Positions 28,298 to 32,000 of a stretch of 32,000 bases of DNA are shown here, one piece after another. The stretch lies in NCBI RefSeq assembly GCF_900079115.1, contig NZ_LT549890.1, forward strand, positions 2,220,001 through 2,252,000, written 5' to 3'. Origin of the DNA: Saccharolobus solfataricus. GTDB lineage: Archaea; Thermoproteota; Thermoprotei_A; Sulfolobales; Sulfolobaceae. The position numbers and the translations under genes are program-made. Every line of letters begins with the position of its first letter. The first letter of the stretch is position 1. Under the pieces are notes generated by a model. The model was given only the letters and a program-made list of their open reading frames with translations. It was not told the origin of the DNA and searched no databases.

Positions 28298-28812
28298 CCT
28301 TGTTTCTTTCTCTCAATCGCTTTTTTAATTCTTTCCTTAGCCTCAGCTACGCTTCCCCATCCGCTAATCTTTACCCATTTATTTGGCTCTAGTTCTTTAT
28401 AGTGCTCAAAGAAATGTACGATCTTATTTCTAATAGCCTCCGGAAGATCTTTAACATCGTTAATATTAGAAAATGACGGATCCGTCTTATTTCTTGGCAC
28501 TGCTATTACCTTGGCGTCTTCACCTTCCTCATCCCTCATGTAAATCATTCCTATAGGTCTTGCTTCTATCACTGTACCTGGCATTAGTGAGTAATTTCCT
28601 AGGACTAATACGTCTAATGGATCCCCATCTTCTTCTAAAGTCTCTGGAATAAAACCATAATTAAATGGATATACCATTGATGTATATAAAACCCTATCTA
28701 CTTTAATAATGTCCTCTTCTTCATCGTATTCGTATTTAATATTTGAACCCATAGGTATTTCTATGAATACATTTATTTCATCTGGGGCCTTTTTCCCAGG
28801 GCCTAATTTCAT
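28294..28812 (-). CDS. ppa: Inorganic pyrophosphatase (family I)
   Basis: Matches are [36 protein letters not shown] and [11 protein letters not shown]. The protein is 172 aa, and GGTGA lies 5-9 nt upstream of the ATG. Confidence 0.96.
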   Translation of the reverse strand: MKLGPGKKAPDEINVFIEIPMGSNIKYEYDEEEDIIKVDRVLYTSMVYPFNYGFIPETLEEDGDPLDVLVLGNYSLMPGTVIEARPIGMIYMRDEEGEDAKVIAVPRNKTDPSFSNINDVKDLPEAIRNKIVHFFEHYKELEPNKWVKISGWGSVAEAKERIKKAIERKKQG

Positions 28813-28828
28813 ATCTTTTCACCGCCTA

Positions 28829-29377
28829 TTATTTTGGATTCAGCTTATTTAAACTATTCATTATTCTAGTGACCAGTTCTCTTATCTGATTTAATGGCTC
28901 TATCGAAAGTAACTTATCTATTTCCTCGGCGTAGCTTGAGATTATCTCATCGACATTAAATCCAATTCTCTTGTATCTTAATCCTTGCAAGTATGTTGAT
29001 AATCTATCCGATAACTTAGCTACTTTAGCTTCATTAGTATTTAGGTCCTTAAGTTCGAGGAAGAGTTCCTTTCCAATTCCTAATTCATCAAATGCCTCTA
29101 CTTCTGCATCCCTTTTATTGATTCTACTGGTAGCCCACTTTGGTAAGTCTCCTAGTAAAGTCTCTCCTGCATCATGAAATAGGGCAATAAGTGCACTATG
29201 TTCAGGGTTTATCTCTATTCCTTTTCTTTTAAGCTCCGTCGCGAGTACGTAAGCCAAGATTGACGCTTCAAAACTATGAGAAGCTACTGTTTCTCCCATC
29301 GCTGAGGGAATTCCGTTTTGCATCCAACCGGTTCTAACTAAGTTTTTGGCGCCCTCTAACAATCTCTCTAGTTTCAT
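28829..29377 (-). CDS. HD-domain phosphohydrolase (YfbR-like 5'-nucleotidase type)
   Basis: Matches are ETVASHSF...A and LFHDAGETLLGDLP (H...HD...D). The protein is 182 aa. Confidence 0.85.
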   Translation of the reverse strand: MKLERLLEGAKNLVRTGWMQNGIPSAMGETVASHSFEASILAYVLATELKRKGIEINPEHSALIALFHDAGETLLGDLPKWATSRINKRDAEVEAFDELGIGKELFLELKDLNTNEAKVAKLSDRLSTYLQGLRYKRIGFNVDEIISSYAEEIDKLLSIEPLNQIRELVTRIMNSLNKLNPK

Positions 29378-29394
29378 TTCAAATTAAAATGAAG

Positions 29395-30729
29395 TTACAG
29401 CATTTTTAATAAATTATCTAAAGCTTCTATCATCTCTTCCATGTTTTTTGTCCAAAACCTAATCATTGCCTCCTTTCCCTTAGTTCCCTTATCATAAATT
29501 ACATTCGGTATGCCACCATATTCGCTACTTACATACTCAATAATCCATTGCATTGTCTTTCCTTCTCCATGGGCAGGTTCTAGTTCCCTATTAATCTCAA
29601 TTGTTTCATACCCAATTCTCTTAAAACTCTCAACTATCTTATCGTCATATCTAATATTCATTAAGCAAGTACTATCCTTTCCCTTGAGAATGAGCGACAA
29701 CAGCATTCGAGCTGTATGGGTAGGGTTTCCAAACACCACTGGATGTCCAACAATTACCTTTTTATCCCATCTCCTTATTATTCTACCCCTAAATGTAGCA
29801 ATATCATTTAGATCCCTAACGTATTCTGGTTTTATACTATGTGCTAGATTTGATTGTACTTCAGGGATTAAAATCCAGAATCTATCGTTATTTTCGGCAA
29901 AATCCGCAAATCTCCTCATTTCCTCAACTGCTTCATATTTCATAGACTTCTTCATAATTTCAACACTTACGTTAACTGGTCCTATACCTTTTCCTATGTT
30001 AAGTCCATATTCTATTGAGGTTTGAACGAAATCTCTAGCCTTCCTAAAGGCCAATTTTAAATCCCTTATCTTTATGTATTCTGCAGTAAGTGCAGTTGCA
30101 AATACGCTTCCAGTACCATGCGTATCCTTTGCCTGCAACCTTTTATATCCTATCTTGTATAGTCCTTCATCATTACACATATAATCGAAACTATAATCTC
30201 CTTTACTATGGCCTCCCTTGATTATCACGTAGGGAATATTATAACTATCCCTTAATTTCTTACATACAATTACTACATCGCTCTCCTTTTCTATTTTGAC
30301 ACCGCTAATTGCAGATGCTTCTATTATATTTGGCGTTATTACTTTAACTTTTGGCAAAATTATCTTCTTATATTCTTCAATGTCTCTAATCAGCGGAGTT
30401 CCATCTTTCGCATAAAGTACCGGATCTGCTACTAAAAAGTAATCATTTAATAATTCATTTACAACCTGAAACTGTTCTTTAGTATATATCATTCCTATCT
30501 TTACAGCTTCCACTTTGAAATCCTCGAGTAAAGTTTCTATCTGCTTTTTAAGAAACTCAGGATTAACAACAGTGATATCTTTTATGCCTTTTGTACTTTG
30601 AGCTGTTATCGCAGTGATAGCAAAAACTCCGTGGATTCCTAATACTTCAAAAACTCTTAAGTCAGTCTCTCCACCAGCCCCATTTCCAGTATCCAATCCA
30701 GCTATGCTCATACCAACAGGTTTAATCAT
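29395..30729 (-). CDS. thiDN: Bifunctional ThiD-ThiN (hydroxymethylpyrimidine/phosphomethylpyrimidine kinase fused to thiamine-phosphate synthase ThiN)
   Basis: The N-terminal ThiD region has [21 protein letters not shown] and [10 protein letters not shown]-terminal ThiN-like domain of about 180 aa follows. I prefer the ATG at 30729, which forms an ATGA overlap with the upstream stop. The track's TTG at 30765 lies inside the upstream gene. Confidence 0.9.
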   Translation of the reverse strand: MIKPVGMSIAGLDTGNGAGGETDLRVFEVLGIHGVFAITAITAQSTKGIKDITVVNPEFLKKQIETLLEDFKVEAVKIGMIYTKEQFQVVNELLNDYFLVADPVLYAKDGTPLIRDIEEYKKIILPKVKVITPNIIEASAISGVKIEKESDVVIVCKKLRDSYNIPYVIIKGGHSKGDYSFDYMCNDEGLYKIGYKRLQAKDTHGTGSVFATALTAEYIKIRDLKLAFRKARDFVQTSIEYGLNIGKGIGPVNVSVEIMKKSMKYEAVEEMRRFADFAENNDRFWILIPEVQSNLAHSIKPEYVRDLNDIATFRGRIIRRWDKKVIVGHPVVFGNPTHTARMLLSLILKGKDSTCLMNIRYDDKIVESFKRIGYETIEINRELEPAHGEGKTMQWIIEYVSSEYGGIPNVIYDKGTKGKEAMIRFWTKNMEEMIEALDNLLKML

Positions 30730-31421
30730 TGTTTTTTCACTCTCGTATTCCCTGCTACTACCCAATATTCTCCGTCATCTCTTATTTCCAACTTCCAAAT
30801 TCCAGTGCTATGTTTAACTAATTCCAATGTTTCTTTTACCGCGTCGATAGCGTCCTTCCTTCCCTTACCTATAGCCATTATAAGTAAGACATTCTCTCCG
30901 GGTTTCATTGAATCTATTACATGTATTATCTCGATTTCGATCAGATCATTATATTTCTTCTTTATTTCATCTTTTATTTCTAGAAATCTTTTTCTAGTGT
31001 ACTCTTCGTAGGCTTCGTATTTCAGTTCAAAGACTCTATGATTGTCTACTATACCTTTAACAAAACCTACATAAACTACTAAAGAACCCGCTTCCGGGGG
31101 TGCTTTTTCTCTAAATTTTCTAATTTCCTCAAGTAAGTCAAATTTTTTCCCTATTATTAAATCTCCGCCCGAAGGTGGTGGTAACAACGCTACCTCATCT
31201 CCATCTTTAATATTCTTGGTTGAAGCTGAACCGTTAACCAAAATTGAAACCTTTATCCCATTTATTCCACTCTTCAAGAAATTTACTAATTCGCTTCCGT
31301 AAATTTTACCCAGTTGTTCAATAAAGCAGTCTACAGTTTCGCATTCTGTTTCTAATACTTCATTTGACTTATGGGTTATGTCTTTAATGAATGCAAAATA
31401 AAGAACTTTCACTTTTTTCAT
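30726..31421 (-). CDS. Molybdopterin synthase MoaD-MoaE fusion
   Basis: Residues 1-86 are MoaD-like and end in the hallmark ...[13 protein letters not shown]. The codons ggc gga are the complement of 31164-31169. Residues 87-231 are MoaE-like ([13 protein letters not shown]..., [10 protein letters not shown]). Confidence 0.85.
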   Translation of the reverse strand: MKKVKVLYFAFIKDITHKSNEVLETECETVDCFIEQLGKIYGSELVNFLKSGINGIKVSILVNGSASTKNIKDGDEVALLPPPSGGDLIIGKKFDLLEEIRKFREKAPPEAGSLVVYVGFVKGIVDNHRVFELKYEAYEEYTRKRFLEIKDEIKKKYNDLIEIEIIHVIDSMKPGENVLLIMAIGKGRKDAIDAVKETLELVKHSTGIWKLEIRDDGEYWVVAGNTRVKKQ

Positions 31422-31458
31422 GGACTCACCATTATTAATTTCTTAATCCTTAGATAGT

Positions 31459-31914
31459 ATGAGTGAAGACGAGATAATAGATTTACTATTTAATACTCAG
31501 CGTGATATAAGGCAAGGTATCACAATAAAAAAGGAAAATAATGAGGTTTTAAACAAATTAAATGAGATAGAGAAGCTTCTTCAGTATTTAATTAAGAATA
31601 AAGAGAGAGCAAGTCAACAAAACGGGAGTTTATGTGAACAAGTTCTTTCATCAACTTATGTTATTCTTGATGAAAATATGGGAGATATACCTAGAAAGTA
31701 CTTTATAATTGATCTGAATAGTTCTAGAAAATTAGTTACATTTAAGGATACAATAGACCTTCTTAACCTCTACTTCTCTCAAACCATAAATGAGCAAGAT
31801 TTAGACGATAAGCTTCCTAAACGGCTAGTCCCATTATTCAGATTCATGAGAAGAAATGGTTTAATATACTTCGATTACGACAAGAAAAGATATTTTATTG
31901 TAGACTATAAGTAA
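31459..31914 (+). CDS. Hypothetical protein
   Basis: This is a 151-aa ORF on the purine-rich strand, divergent from the moaDE promoter region. I recognise no family. Confidence 0.5.
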   Translation: MSEDEIIDLLFNTQRDIRQGITIKKENNEVLNKLNEIEKLLQYLIKNKERASQQNGSLCEQVLSSTYVILDENMGDIPRKYFIIDLNSSRKLVTFKDTIDLLNLYFSQTINEQDLDDKLPKRLVPLFRFMRRNGLIYFDYDKKRYFIVDYK

Positions 31915-32000
31915 ATAATATTGTTTATGGCATTTCCTATTAAGTTTTCGTTTATAGACCTTCTTAAGGCCTCCTTCAGTACGTTCAAGAATTCACTAGT
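31905..32000 (-). CDS. C-terminal end of an unidentified gene entering from the right edge
   Basis: The minus frame reads ...TSEFLNVLKEALRRSINENLIGNAINNIIYL and stops at the complement of 31905-31907. The minus strand is the purine-rich one here, as in every confident gene of the window. It is too short to name. Confidence 0.35.
   Translation of the reverse strand, partial: TSEFLNVLKEALRRSINENLIGNAINNIIYL

Noticed and set aside
29510-30025. A 171-aa plus-strand ORF lies opposite thiDN.
   Set aside because: The reasoning is the same: it is embedded antisense in a well-supported gene, has low-complexity S/L/I/F composition and is on the pyrimidine-rich strand.
30730-30765. The track start (TTG 30765) would give thiDN a 12-residue extension.
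   Set aside because: The extension lies within the moaDE gene. The ATG at 30729 gives an ATGA overlap and a ThiD-like N-terminus ([13 protein letters not shown]...).
31927-32000. A plus-strand ORF starting at ATG 31927 (MAFPIKFSFIDLLKASFSTFKNSL...) could be the start of a gene leaving the right edge.
   Set aside because: This stretch is only about 39% purine on the plus strand, whereas every confident gene here is purine-rich on its coding strand. The minus-strand reading (a C-terminal end stopping at 31905-31907) is therefore preferred. Neither reading can be proven from 74-96 nt.

Overview
The window is an AT-rich, densely packed archaeal chromosome segment whose coding strands are purine-rich. 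It is almost certainly from the Sulfolobales (Saccharolobus/Sulfolobus solfataricus-islandicus type). I base that on recognising the 148-aa OB-fold SSB with an RGG/acidic tail, the SdhABCD operon with a CCG-domain SdhC, and the aIF1A-Rio1-KH and aIF2beta-DUF424-NMD3-RNaseHII clusters. This is recollection, not a database search.

I support about 38 protein genes, many joined by ATGA/GTGA start-stop overlaps or GGTGA-type Shine-Dalgarno sites. I found no rRNA, tRNA, CRISPR array, IS element or integrase. Most of the content is core metabolism and the translation apparatus:
- sdhABCD, a HAD phosphatase, thrB plus a cystathionine-synthase-like gene, and a thiolase
- an MtaB-like radical SAM enzyme, PPase, ThiDN, MoeA, and a MoaD-MoaE fusion

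The parts that housekeeping does not explain are, in my ranking:
1. An orphan type-IV-filament-like assembly core. It is a FlaJ/TadC-like platform (broken by a +1 frameshift exactly between its two repeats) plus a FlaI/VirB11-class ATPase. It has its own promoter and no pilin genes, and it converges on a processive GT2 synthase.
2. A MoxR (RavA/APE0892-like) AAA+ and vWA (ViaA/CoxE-like) pair, convergent with the succinate dehydrogenase operon.
3. A four-gene divergent block of unknowns: a C2H2 zinc-finger protein, an acidic helical protein, a DUF1152-like protein, and an Hjc-like PD-(D/E)xK protein.
4. A PqqD/RRE-like small protein translationally coupled to ssb, with no radical SAM partner.
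5. A GC-rich nested hairpin element in the sdh/vWA convergent spacer.
6. A DRG-like protein with a destroyed P-loop.

All functional calls come from motif recognition by eye. No searches or folding programs were run.
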